Assembly: GCA_965223545.1 (NCBI GenBank)
Contig: OZ245006.1
Span: 2,624,001-2,688,000, forward strand
Direction: 5' to 3'
Length of the DNA: 64,000 bases
From: Planctomycetota bacterium
GTDB lineage: Bacteria > Planctomycetota > UBA1135 > UBA2386
Shown here: positions 48,218-56,993 of the stretch, in pieces
Position numbering within the stretch: position 1 is the first letter of the stretch
How the letters are laid out: every line of letters begins with the position of its first letter
The notes under the pieces: generated by a model
The model's input: the letters and a program-made list of their open reading frames with translations, nothing else
Told to the model about the DNA's origin: nothing
Database searches by the model: none
Position numbers and translations under genes: made by a program

Positions 48218-50299
48218 TCAACGAGCCGCCACCGCGCGGTCGCCGCTCTCCAGGTCGATGACCAGCAGCGCGCGGCGCACCGTGTCGACGGTGTAGAGCA
48301 CGTTGCGCACCGGGTCGATCGAGATGCCGTGCGCCGACAGGATCGGTGGCCCAGCGCCCCGCAGGCCGCCGGCCTCGACTCCACTGACCAGACGGCGGCC
48401 GCCCAGCGCGTCGACTGCCAAGACCCGCGTCTGCTCGACCACGATCAGCTCTTGGCCCGGCCAACGGTCCATGGCGACCGGTGCCGAGAACGACGGGCCA
48501 GCGCCCGTGACTTCGTTGGTCACGCCGCTCGGGTCGACGCGCACGAGTCGCACGTCGCCGGGCGCCACCAGTTCGAACGTCATCACCCGGCCGGACTCGT
48601 CGAACGCGATCGGCCCGAACCTGCGGTCCGGCAGGGAAATCGACGCGCCGGCCGGGGGCGACACGACGAGCTCGTCGCCACCACCGGCGGCGGTCTCCGC
48701 CACCGCGGCGACGACGCCGAAGGCCTCGCGCGCGATCGCCAGGGCGACGACCGGTTGCTGCATGGTGAACAGCGCCTCCTCCCTGCCGGTCGCCAGGTCG
48801 AGTCTGAGCACGTCTTGGCCGCGGCGCGCCAGCGCGCTGGCAGGAGGTCCCGCTACCGACGGCAGCGTCGCCAACGCCACCGGTGGAACGCTGGCGCGAT
48901 CGACGACCCATTCATCGTAGCCGCCAACGACTCCACCGAAGACCTGAGTGCAATACGCCGTCGTCAGCGGCATCACGTGCGGGTCACCGTCCAAGAGAGT
49001 CCACGCCAGCAACTCCTCGCCGCTCCCCAGCGGCAAGCCGGTCGCCGTCTCGACGCCGATCCCGCCGACGCCTTCGTCCCAGGAACAGCCGCCGCCGAGC
49101 ACTGGTCCGGAGTCCTGACTCGGGGTCATCGCGGTCAGATCCAGAGCGGCGACGGCGCCCGCCACGCCGGGGACGCCGATCGACGCGCGCGCGGCGGCCT
49201 GGTCCACGACCATTCCCGGCAGTGCACTGCCGTCGCCCGGATCGAGGGCGGCGACCGCGGCGCGATCTCCGCTGGAGATGGCGACCGCAATCCACTCGCC
49301 GGTACCTCGATCTGCCGCCAGCAGCAGATCCGGGGCGACCACCCCGAGCGCGCCGAGGGCACCGAAGGCCGTGCCAGTGCCGCGCCCGGCGCCGGAGAGC
49401 TCGGCCCGCGCACCACTGGTGGGATCCAGCGCCAGCACTGCGTCGGCCAGGGCGACGTAGGCGGCGCCCGCAGCATCGAACGCCAGGTCGACCGCGCCAG
49501 TGAGCGCGGGGCCAGTGCCGACCGAGGCGCTGGCGACCAGCGCGCGGGCTCCGCTGACCACGTCGACGACGTAGATCTCGCCGGCGGGGGCATTCAACAC
49601 GAGCAGGAAGTCGCCGCTCGGCGCCAGCGCCACGCGAGAGTGATGCGCGATCGTCGGGCCCGCATGCGCCGACCCGCTGAAGACCCCGCGGTCGCCGGTG
49701 TCGAGGTCGACCAACAGCAGCGCGTCACCGTCCCCGACGTAGGCGAAGCGCGGGTTCGCGCTGAGCGCAATCCCGGCGGGGGCGTTCCAAAGTGGCCCCA
49801 GCCCCAACGCCTCCCGCGAAACAACGCGGCGGTTGCCGGCCATATCGATCGCCACCACCCCGGGCGGCTCGACCGATGCCGCCAGCATCTCGCCCCCGGC
49901 GCCGGCAGCGACGGAGGCCAACACGCCGGTCCAGGTCACCGGCTCGAGCGTCAGCGGCAGCGCGACGTCGAGCCACCGGCCCGCGACTTCGACTTCGGCG
50001 TCGATCAGGCGAGGCCCGCTCCAGGAGAGGGGCAGCGAGGCACGCCAAGTGGCGTAGTCATCGTCGGTTTGCGCAACCTGCCCCTCGATGCGCAGCCCTG
50101 TGATGCGATTGCCATCGACGGTCACGGCTGCCCCGCGCACCTCGACGGCATCGCCGTCGACCAACGCAACTGGCCCGGGAAAGGACACTTGGAACAACGG
50201 TGTCTCCGGCCCGCTGTCGCTGTGACAGCCGATCACCGCGAGCGAAGACAGCAGTGCCGCGCCGGCGAGACTGCTCCGGGACCCCTGGGGCTCGACCAT
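48218..50299 (-). CDS. Putative lipoprotein with beta-propeller-like repeats
   Basis: Lipobox-like LAVIG-C; repeated 'D..SG.R...S....G.GP' units. Confidence 0.65.
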   Translation of the reverse strand: MVEPQGSRSSLAGAALLSSLAVIGCHSDSGPETPLFQVSFPGPVALVDGDAVEVRGAAVTVDGNRITGLRIEGQVAQTDDDYATWRASLPLSWSGPRLIDAEVEVAGRWLDVALPLTLEPVTWTGVLASVAAGAGGEMLAASVEPPGVVAIDMAGNRRVVSREALGLGPLWNAPAGIALSANPRFAYVGDGDALLLVDLDTGDRGVFSGSAHAGPTIAHHSRVALAPSGDFLLVLNAPAGEIYVVDVVSGARALVASASVGTGPALTGAVDLAFDAAGAAYVALADAVLALDPTSGARAELSGAGRGTGTAFGALGALGVVAPDLLLAADRGTGEWIAVAISSGDRAAVAALDPGDGSALPGMVVDQAAARASIGVPGVAGAVAALDLTAMTPSQDSGPVLGGGCSWDEGVGGIGVETATGLPLGSGEELLAWTLLDGDPHVMPLTTAYCTQVFGGVVGGYDEWVVDRASVPPVALATLPSVAGPPASALARRGQDVLRLDLATGREEALFTMQQPVVALAIAREAFGVVAAVAETAAGGGDELVVSPPAGASISLPDRRFGPIAFDESGRVMTFELVAPGDVRLVRVDPSGVTNEVTGAGPSFSAPVAMDRWPGQELIVVEQTRVLAVDALGGRRLVSGVEAGGLRGAGPPILSAHGISIDPVRNVLYTVDTVRRALLVIDLESGDRAVAAR

Positions 50300-50352
50300 G
50301 ACACCCCGTAGCCACGCGATCCTGCGTGGCAACAGGTCGGCGGGCGGGCGGC

Positions 50353-50386
50353 GCGAAGCGAGAAAATCGAGCCGGACTCCGTACTT
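50353..50386 (-). repeat. REP-like repeat family A, copy 5
   Basis: Reverse complement is AAGTACGGAGTCCGGCTCGATTTTCTCGCTTCGC; overlaps the TAA stop of the ubiB-like gene. Confidence 0.85.
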
Positions 50387-52055
50387 AGCGTCGGGTGGAG
50401 CGCCAAATCGAGAGCAGCAGCCAAACACCCGCGACAATGGAGCTCCAAAAGCCGGCGAGGGCGAACACGGACAGCTCGCCGATGCGCGGACCGCCCGCCG
50501 CATTCAGCGCGATCGCCGTACCGATGATCAGCGCGGCGGTGATCATGCCGACGGCGAGGCGGTTGGCGCTGAGCTCGAGCCGTTCGGCGAGACGATCGAG
50601 GCGTCGCAGGTCTACCTCGAGGCGCAACGAACCGCTGCGGAGCTGCGTCAAGAGACGGTCGATGTGGCGCGGCAGCGACGCTGCCAGCGCCGCGCCATGC
50701 CGCCAACCGCGCCGCATGCGCCGCAGGGCCGCACGCGGGCCGATCGCCCGCCGCGCCACCGGTTCCAGGTGAGCGGCGAGTCGAAACGACGGATCGAGCT
50801 GTCGACCGAGGGCCTCCAGCGTGAGGAACACTTTGATCAGGAGGGCGACGTCGGCGGGCAACACCAGATCGTGATCGCGCAGCAGACGGCACACGTCGGT
50901 CAGCAGCGCGCTCGCATCGAGCTGTGCGAGCGGTAGGTCGCGATACCGTTGGATCAGACCGGCGACATCGACAGCCAACAGCTCGCCGTCGGTGTCATCG
51001 CCCGCGGACCACTCCAGCAGAACCTCGACCGCCGGCGCTTCGCGGCCCAGCGCGACGGCGCTCAGCAAGTCCATCAGTTGCTCGCGCCGGCTGGAGGTCA
51101 ACTGCCCAACCATGCCGAAGTCGAGCAACGCGAGCCGACCATCCGGGCAGAGGATCACGTTGCCGGCGTGCGGGTCGGCGTGGAACAGACCGGCTTCGAA
51201 GATCATTCCCAGCACTGCGTCGGCTCCGGACCGAGCCATCGCCGCGCGGTCGAGTCCGGCGGGCAGACCCGCGTGCAGCGCCCGCCGGAGCCCGTCTCCG
51301 ACGACATGGTCCATGACACAGAGTGACGCCTTGCTGTAGGCGTCGTGCACTCGCGGCACGACGATGCCCGCGTACCCCTGTAGGAAGCGTCGCATGCGCG
51401 CCGTGGTCTGTGCTTCGCGGCGCAGGTCGAGCTCATCCCGCAGGGATCGCGCGAACTGCCGCAACAACGCCTTCGGGCGAAACCGCCGCAGGTCGGGAAT
51501 CTCGTGCTCGGCCAACGCCGCCAAACGCGCCAACAAGCGGAGATCGGTCTCGACGACCGCCTCGATGCCCGGGCGACGCACTTTGAGCACGACGTCGGTA
51601 CCGTCCACCAGCCGGGCGCGGTGCACCTGCGCAATCGAGCCGGCGGCCAACGGACGAGCCTCGAACTCGGAGAAGACCTCGTGCGGGAGTGCTCCGAGGT
51701 CGACCTCGAGCTGCCGCAGCACCTCGGCGCACGGCGCCGGAGCCACCGAGTCCTGCAGCGCAGCCAGCTCTTCCGTCCACGCGTGCGGCAACAGGTCGCC
51801 GCGACCGGCAAGCACCTGCCCCAGTTTGACGAACACCGGGCCGAGTTCCTCGAGCGCGCACCGCATCCGTTCCGGCGCGGAACGCTCAACCGGCGGCGCG
51901 CGACGGTTGAGGCGCAGAGCCCGCCCGGCTCGCGCCAGCGCGCGGGCGATCCCGAACCGCCGCACCAAGTCGCCAAGGCCGTAGTGAATCAGGACGCGGG
52001 CGATCTCCTGCGTACGGCCCAAGTCGCGCGCGGTATGCAGTGCCTCGATCAACAT
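50385..52055 (-). CDS. AarF/ABC1/UbiB kinase family protein
   Basis: ELGPVFVKLGQ, AGSIAQVH, KV.RP, FHADPHAGN, DFGMVG, C-terminal TM helices. Confidence 0.9.
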   Translation of the reverse strand: MLIEALHTARDLGRTQEIARVLIHYGLGDLVRRFGIARALARAGRALRLNRRAPPVERSAPERMRCALEELGPVFVKLGQVLAGRGDLLPHAWTEELAALQDSVAPAPCAEVLRQLEVDLGALPHEVFSEFEARPLAAGSIAQVHRARLVDGTDVVLKVRRPGIEAVVETDLRLLARLAALAEHEIPDLRRFRPKALLRQFARSLRDELDLRREAQTTARMRRFLQGYAGIVVPRVHDAYSKASLCVMDHVVGDGLRRALHAGLPAGLDRAAMARSGADAVLGMIFEAGLFHADPHAGNVILCPDGRLALLDFGMVGQLTSSRREQLMDLLSAVALGREAPAVEVLLEWSAGDDTDGELLAVDVAGLIQRYRDLPLAQLDASALLTDVCRLLRDHDLVLPADVALLIKVFLTLEALGRQLDPSFRLAAHLEPVARRAIGPRAALRRMRRGWRHGAALAASLPRHIDRLLTQLRSGSLRLEVDLRRLDRLAERLELSANRLAVGMITAALIIGTAIALNAAGGPRIGELSVFALAGFWSSIVAGVWLLLSIWRSTRR

Positions 52056-52179
52056 CGTCGTGCCGGCTTCGAGATTGCAGTCCGCATGATCCGCATCGGG
52101 TTCGCGCACGCCCGGTGATGCCGAAAGCGCTGGACGGTCAGGACGCGATTCCTATCGTACCGGGCGCGGCTCTCGGCCT

Positions 52180-53295
52180 ATGCCACTAACCCGCACGACG
52201 AGGGGCAGAATTTCGGCCAACGTGACCAGAACCGACGCAGCTCACCACCCACGACTTCGTCGCCGGTGGCCACGCCGACTGGCAGCTCTGGGGTTGGCCA
52301 CCGCGCTGTCCTTGGCAACTGCCGAAGTCACGGTTCGCGCGACGGGCATCGCGCCCGTGGTCGAGACGCAGATGGGATGGCTGACGACCGATCCACATCT
52401 GCCCTACCGACCGGTCGCGGGCTCGCATATCCGCGGCCGCTCGAAGACCGACGAGTACGACTACGACCACCGCCACAACAGCCACGGGTTCCGCGACGTC
52501 GAGCGCGCGCTCGACAAGCCGGCGGGCGTGTTTCGCATCCTCGGCCTGGGGGACAGCTTTACCGCCGGCTGGGGTGCCGCCTTCGAGGAGACCTATCTGC
52601 GGCGGGCCGAGCACGCGCTCAACGCGCGCGCCGATGACCACCCGGCGGTGGAGATCGTCAAGGCCGGCATCAACGGCTATTACGCGGAGCCACAGCGGTT
52701 GCTGCTCGAGCACTACGGTCTGCGCTTCGACCCGGACCTGGTGTTGGTCGGCTTCGTCGCCAACGACGTGCTCGATACCCACCGCGGACTCGGCGCGCTG
52801 CGCGTGTCCAAGGAGGGCTACCTGACTTCGGAAGAGGCCGCCCGGCTGGGCGAGACCGGCGTCCGCCTGTACCGCAACAGCCACGTCGCGCGGATCGTGC
52901 TGCGCGCCTGGGTCGAGCGCGCGCATCGCGCGCGGCCGGCGGACTGGTGGATGCGGATCTACCAACCCGACGCCGCGTTCGAGCAGGCCTGGCGAGAGCT
53001 GGAGGGAGAGTACGACCGCATGCTCGCGCTGACCACCGCGCACGGTGCCCGACTCGTCGTGCTGTACGTGCCGAGCGAGGTGCCCGATCGCGAGTTCCAC
53101 TCCTACCCGCCGGAACGGATGGGCCGCTGGTGCGCGTCGCGAGGCGTCCCGTTCATCGATCCGTCAGCGCGCGTGCGCGCGGCGGCGGACGCGATGCTGT
53201 ACTGGCCGCGCGACCGACACTGCACGCCCGCGGGCTACGGTGTCATCGCCGAGGCGCTGGTCGAGGGCTTGCTGGAAAACGGCTTGGTTCCGTGA
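52180..53295 (+). CDS. SGNH/GDSL hydrolase-family protein (start uncertain)
   Basis: NSHGFRD, LGDSFT.G, ND, D.H.T..G. Confidence 0.82.
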   Translation: MPLTRTTRGRISANVTRTDAAHHPRLRRRWPRRLAALGLATALSLATAEVTVRATGIAPVVETQMGWLTTDPHLPYRPVAGSHIRGRSKTDEYDYDHRHNSHGFRDVERALDKPAGVFRILGLGDSFTAGWGAAFEETYLRRAEHALNARADDHPAVEIVKAGINGYYAEPQRLLLEHYGLRFDPDLVLVGFVANDVLDTHRGLGALRVSKEGYLTSEEAARLGETGVRLYRNSHVARIVLRAWVERAHRARPADWWMRIYQPDAAFEQAWRELEGEYDRMLALTTAHGARLVVLYVPSEVPDREFHSYPPERMGRWCASRGVPFIDPSARVRAAADAMLYWPRDRHCTPAGYGVIAEALVEGLLENGLVP

Positions 53296-53299
53296 GGCG

Positions 53300-53683
53300 T
53301 CAGGCGCGCACCGGCGCCTCGTAGGTCGTCCAGGCGACCGGGCTCTCGCGCAGGATCACCTTGAGGTCGCCATCGAAGACCGCGGCCACGGCGGCACTGA
53401 CTTGTTGGTGCAGGTACTGGCACAACCACTCGGTGGTCGTGTTGACACCGTTCAGCTCCGGCACTTCGTCCAAGTTCTTGAAGTTCAGCCGCGCGAGGAT
53501 GTTCTGCAGCGCCTCCTGCGCGGACGCGAAGTCGACGATCAAGCCGTGCTCGTCGAGGCGCGGCGTGGTGTAGACCACTTCCACCTCGTAGGTGATCACG
53601 TGCATCAGCTGTGCAGGACCGAAGATGTCACCCTTCAGCGAGTGCGCACACTTGAGATAGTCGCGGATCGTCAGCGAGAACAT
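53300..53683 (-). CDS. 6-pyruvoyl-tetrahydropterin synthase / QueD-like protein
   Basis: MFSLTIRD..AHS..FGPAQ..H, NLD, NTTTE, RES; only the last 127 aa of ORF 53300..56575. Confidence 0.82.
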   Translation of the reverse strand: MFSLTIRDYLKCAHSLKGDIFGPAQLMHVITYEVEVVYTTPRLDEHGLIVDFASAQEALQNILARLNFKNLDEVPELNGVNTTTEWLCQYLHQQVSAAVAAVFDGDLKVILRESPVAWTTYEAPVRA

Positions 53684-53800
53684 CACCCGACTGTAAAGGG
53701 GCGGAGCCCGATTCCGGTTTTGCCAAAAGGGTGGGACGTGCCAGGCGGGGCGGCAAAGACTCGGGCAGCCTCGCGCCTCAGCACTTGCGCAATACCGAAC

Positions 53801-56800
53801 ATGCTTCGACTCCACCGTCTCGTCTGGTTCTCGCTCGCCGCGGTCTGCTCCTGCGTCCCAGCTCTGTGGGCGCAAGGCCCGAGGCTCCTGCTCGACGTCA
53901 ACTCGACAAAGCCCCCGGAAGGGAGCTCGATGCCCCGTGACGCAGTGGTGCTGGGCAGCTGGATCTACTACACGGCCACCACCCCCACCACCGGCCGGGA
54001 GCTGTTCCGCACCGACGGCGCGGCGATCGAGCTGGTCGTCGACCTCGCCCCGGGCAACAGCAGCGCCAACATCGCCAACCTGACCGCGACGGGAACGGCG
54101 CTGTTCTTCACCCACACGGACTCGAGGGGCAACGAGCTCTGGACCTCCGACGGCACGGCCGCGGGCACGCGGATCGTCAAGGACATCCGTGAGGGCGGCT
54201 CCAGCTCGTTCCCACAACTGCTGACCGCTTCGGCTGGCAAGGTCTACTTCGCGGCCACCGACAGCGCCGGGCAGGAGCCGTGGGTCAGCGACGGGACCGA
54301 CGCGGGAACCGTGCGCCTCGGCGACCTGAACCCCGGTGGGGCCAACGCGTCGCCGCGAAACTTCACCGCCTTTCGCGGTGGCGTGGCGTTCTCCGCGTGG
54401 TCGACGCTGGGGCACGAGCCCTACTACTCGGACGGCACGCCAGCCGGCACCGTTCGCCTGGCCGACATCTACCCGTTCGGCTCGAGCTCTTCGCCGACGA
54501 GTTTCGCCGTCCTCGGCAACAACGTGTTCTTCGTCGCGACGAGCCCGACAGCGGGCACGGAGATCTGGGTTTCCGATGGGACACCGGCCCGCACGGTACT
54601 CTTCATCGACCTGCGCCCGGGGGTTTCGTCGAGCCAGCCGGAAGATCTGACCGTGTCGGGATCCTCGCTGTACTTCGGCGCGCACGACGGCATCAACGGC
54701 CTGGAGCTGTGGGTGTCCGACGGCACGCCGGCCGGCACGCGCCTCGCCGACGACATTCAACCCGGGCCGGGCTCGGGCTACCGCGGCGAGATGGCCTCCT
54801 TGCAGGACGGCCGCGTCCTGCTCGCGGGACTCGACGGAGTCTCCGGCGTCGAGCCGTGGGTGTCCGACGGCACGCCGGCCGGCACGTTCTTGCTCGCCGA
54901 TACCAATCCTGGGATCGGCAGCGCGCTGATGGCGAGCCTGACATCGGCCTCGGGCCGTGTGTTCTTCACCAACCAGCTGGGTCCGACCGGGCGCGAGCCG
55001 TGGGTGTCCGACGGCACCGTCGGCGGCACGGTGCTCTTGCGCGACATCATCCCCGGCACTTTCAGCTCGTCCCCGGTGTTCCAAGTGGTCGACCCCAGCA
55101 CCAACAAGCTGATCTTCTCGGCGCCCGATCTGATCGCCGGCGATGAGCTGTGGGAGAGCGATGGCACGCCGGCGGGAACCGTCCTGCTCGCCAACACGCT
55201 CGCACCGCCTGCCGGCGCCACCAACTCCTCCAACGCGAAGAGCTATGTCCACGCCTTTGGCACGACGTATTTCTCCGCCAACGGCGGCCCCGGCTTCCAC
55301 GAGCTGTGGAAGACCGACGGCACCGCGGCTGGCACCAAGCTGGTCCGGTCGGTCACCCTCGCCGCCACCAGCACCGCATCCTTGGCCGTGGCTGGCGACA
55401 AGGTCTACTTCCGCGCCACCGACGTGGCGACCGGCGACGAGCTGTGGGTCAGCGACGGCACCAGCGGCGGCACGCAGATGCTGCGCGACATTCGGCCGGG
55501 CTTCTCCAGCTCGAACGCGAGCTTCCTGACGGCGGTCGGCGACCGCCTGTTCTTCACCGCGAACGACGGGGCGACCGGACAGGAACTCTGGATCACCAAC
55601 GGCACACCGGCCGGCACCACCCAGGTCAAGGACATCGAGCAGGGCTTCTCGAGCTCGGCACCGAGCGACTTGACCCGCCTGCACGGTGTGTTGCTGTTCG
55701 CCGCCGACGGCGGCTTCGAGACCGGTCGGGAGCTGTGGATCAGCGACGGCACGCGGCCGGGCACGCAGCTCGTCTTCGACGTGTTCCCCGGCTCGGTCGG
55801 CTCCAGCCCGGCAGAGCTCACGCGCGCCGACGGCCTGGTGTTCTTCCGCGCCAACGACGGCACTAGCGGAGTCGAGCTGTGGGTCACCGACGGCACCGCC
55901 GGGGGCACCCGCCGCGTCGCCGACATCTTCCCCGGCCTCGGCAGCAGCAACCCCACCGGCCTCACCGCGGTCGGCGGCACCGTGTTCTTCTCCGCCACCG
56001 ACGGCAACTCGGGGACCGAGCTGTGGAAGTCGGACGGCACCGCCGGCGGGACCGTGCGCGTCGCCGACCTCGAACCGGGCATCTTCGGCGCCTCGCCGAC
56101 CCAGCTCACCCGCCTCGGCGACGGCATCGTGTTCTCCGCGCTCACCGCGGCGAGCGGCCGCGAGCCCTGGATCTCGGACGGCACCGCCGCTGGCACGCGC
56201 CTCATCGCCGACCTCGTCACCGGCACCAACGGCTCGCAGCCGGCGGACTTCACCCCGGCCGGCTCGCGCTTCGTCTTCTTCACCGCGGCGTCCGGCGGCA
56301 GCGATCGCGAGCTGTGGCGCAGCGACGGCACCGCCGCCGGCACCGTGCGGATCACCTCGGGCTTGCTGGAGGGCACCTCTCCCTCCGACCTGACCCTGGC
56401 CAGCGGACAGCTCTTGTTCAGCGCCGCCGACAAGCTGCGCGGCCGCGAACCGTTCGTCCTCGACCTCGACGCGGCAAACCAAGCCGTCGGCTTCGCCTGC
56501 GGAGCCGGCCGCCGCCCCGAGCTGGAGTGCACCGACCCCGTGCTCGGCGCCGTTTCGCGCATCCTCGGCCGACAAGCTCCACCGGCAACGCCCGGCTTCC
56601 TTCTGCTCGGCCTGCCCAGCACACCGCTCACCCTGGCGGCCCAGCCCGGCAACACCTGCGCGCTGTTCGTCGCAGCGCCGGTCCTGCTGGCGACGCTGAC
56701 CGTGCCCGCCGCCTCGACCACCTGGCAGCTCCCGCTACCGATCCCCAACGCCACAGCCCTCGCCGGCTTCGACGTCTCGATCCAGGCCATCTTCGCGCCC

Positions 56801-56860
56801 ACCGCCAGCCCCGCCGGCGGCGACACCACCAACGCCATCGTCCTCACCCTCGGGCAGTAA
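53801..56860 (+). CDS. Secreted ELWxxDGT repeat protein with the shared C-terminal domain
   Basis: Many E(L/P)W.SDGT..GT repeats, signal peptide ..ALWA|Q, ends IPNATALAG...IQA...TTNAIVLTLGQ. Confidence 0.9.
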   Translation: MLRLHRLVWFSLAAVCSCVPALWAQGPRLLLDVNSTKPPEGSSMPRDAVVLGSWIYYTATTPTTGRELFRTDGAAIELVVDLAPGNSSANIANLTATGTALFFTHTDSRGNELWTSDGTAAGTRIVKDIREGGSSSFPQLLTASAGKVYFAATDSAGQEPWVSDGTDAGTVRLGDLNPGGANASPRNFTAFRGGVAFSAWSTLGHEPYYSDGTPAGTVRLADIYPFGSSSSPTSFAVLGNNVFFVATSPTAGTEIWVSDGTPARTVLFIDLRPGVSSSQPEDLTVSGSSLYFGAHDGINGLELWVSDGTPAGTRLADDIQPGPGSGYRGEMASLQDGRVLLAGLDGVSGVEPWVSDGTPAGTFLLADTNPGIGSALMASLTSASGRVFFTNQLGPTGREPWVSDGTVGGTVLLRDIIPGTFSSSPVFQVVDPSTNKLIFSAPDLIAGDELWESDGTPAGTVLLANTLAPPAGATNSSNAKSYVHAFGTTYFSANGGPGFHELWKTDGTAAGTKLVRSVTLAATSTASLAVAGDKVYFRATDVATGDELWVSDGTSGGTQMLRDIRPGFSSSNASFLTAVGDRLFFTANDGATGQELWITNGTPAGTTQVKDIEQGFSSSAPSDLTRLHGVLLFAADGGFETGRELWISDGTRPGTQLVFDVFPGSVGSSPAELTRADGLVFFRANDGTSGVELWVTDGTAGGTRRVADIFPGLGSSNPTGLTAVGGTVFFSATDGNSGTELWKSDGTAGGTVRVADLEPGIFGASPTQLTRLGDGIVFSALTAASGREPWISDGTAAGTRLIADLVTGTNGSQPADFTPAGSRFVFFTAASGGSDRELWRSDGTAAGTVRITSGLLEGTSPSDLTLASGQLLFSAADKLRGREPFVLDLDAANQAVGFACGAGRRPELECTDPVLGAVSRILGRQAPPATPGFLLLGLPSTPLTLAAQPGNTCALFVAAPVLLATLTVPAASTTWQLPLPIPNATALAGFDVSIQAIFAPTASPAGGDTTNAIVLTLGQ

Positions 56861-56984
56861 GTACGGAAGTACGGAGTCTTGAAGGTACGGAGGTCAGGCT
56901 CCCGTTCATCACTTGGCCAGGCCAGCCGCCAAGGAGGAGGTTGTTGAGCCAAGTGATGAACGGGAGCCTGGCTCCGTACCTTCA
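56859..56984. repeat. Family A variant inverted repeat between convergent genes
   Basis: TGAAGGTACGGAGGTCAGGCTCCCGTTCATCACTTGGC (56880-56917) pairs with 56948-56984; preceded by AAGTACGGAAGTACGGAGTC. Confidence 0.8.
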
Positions 56985-56993
56985 TGGCGCGAG

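Noticed and set aside
53684..56575. Apparent 1091-aa repeat-QueD fusion
   Set aside because: Upstream part is the antisense of the ELWxxDGT repeats; only 53300-53683 looks coding
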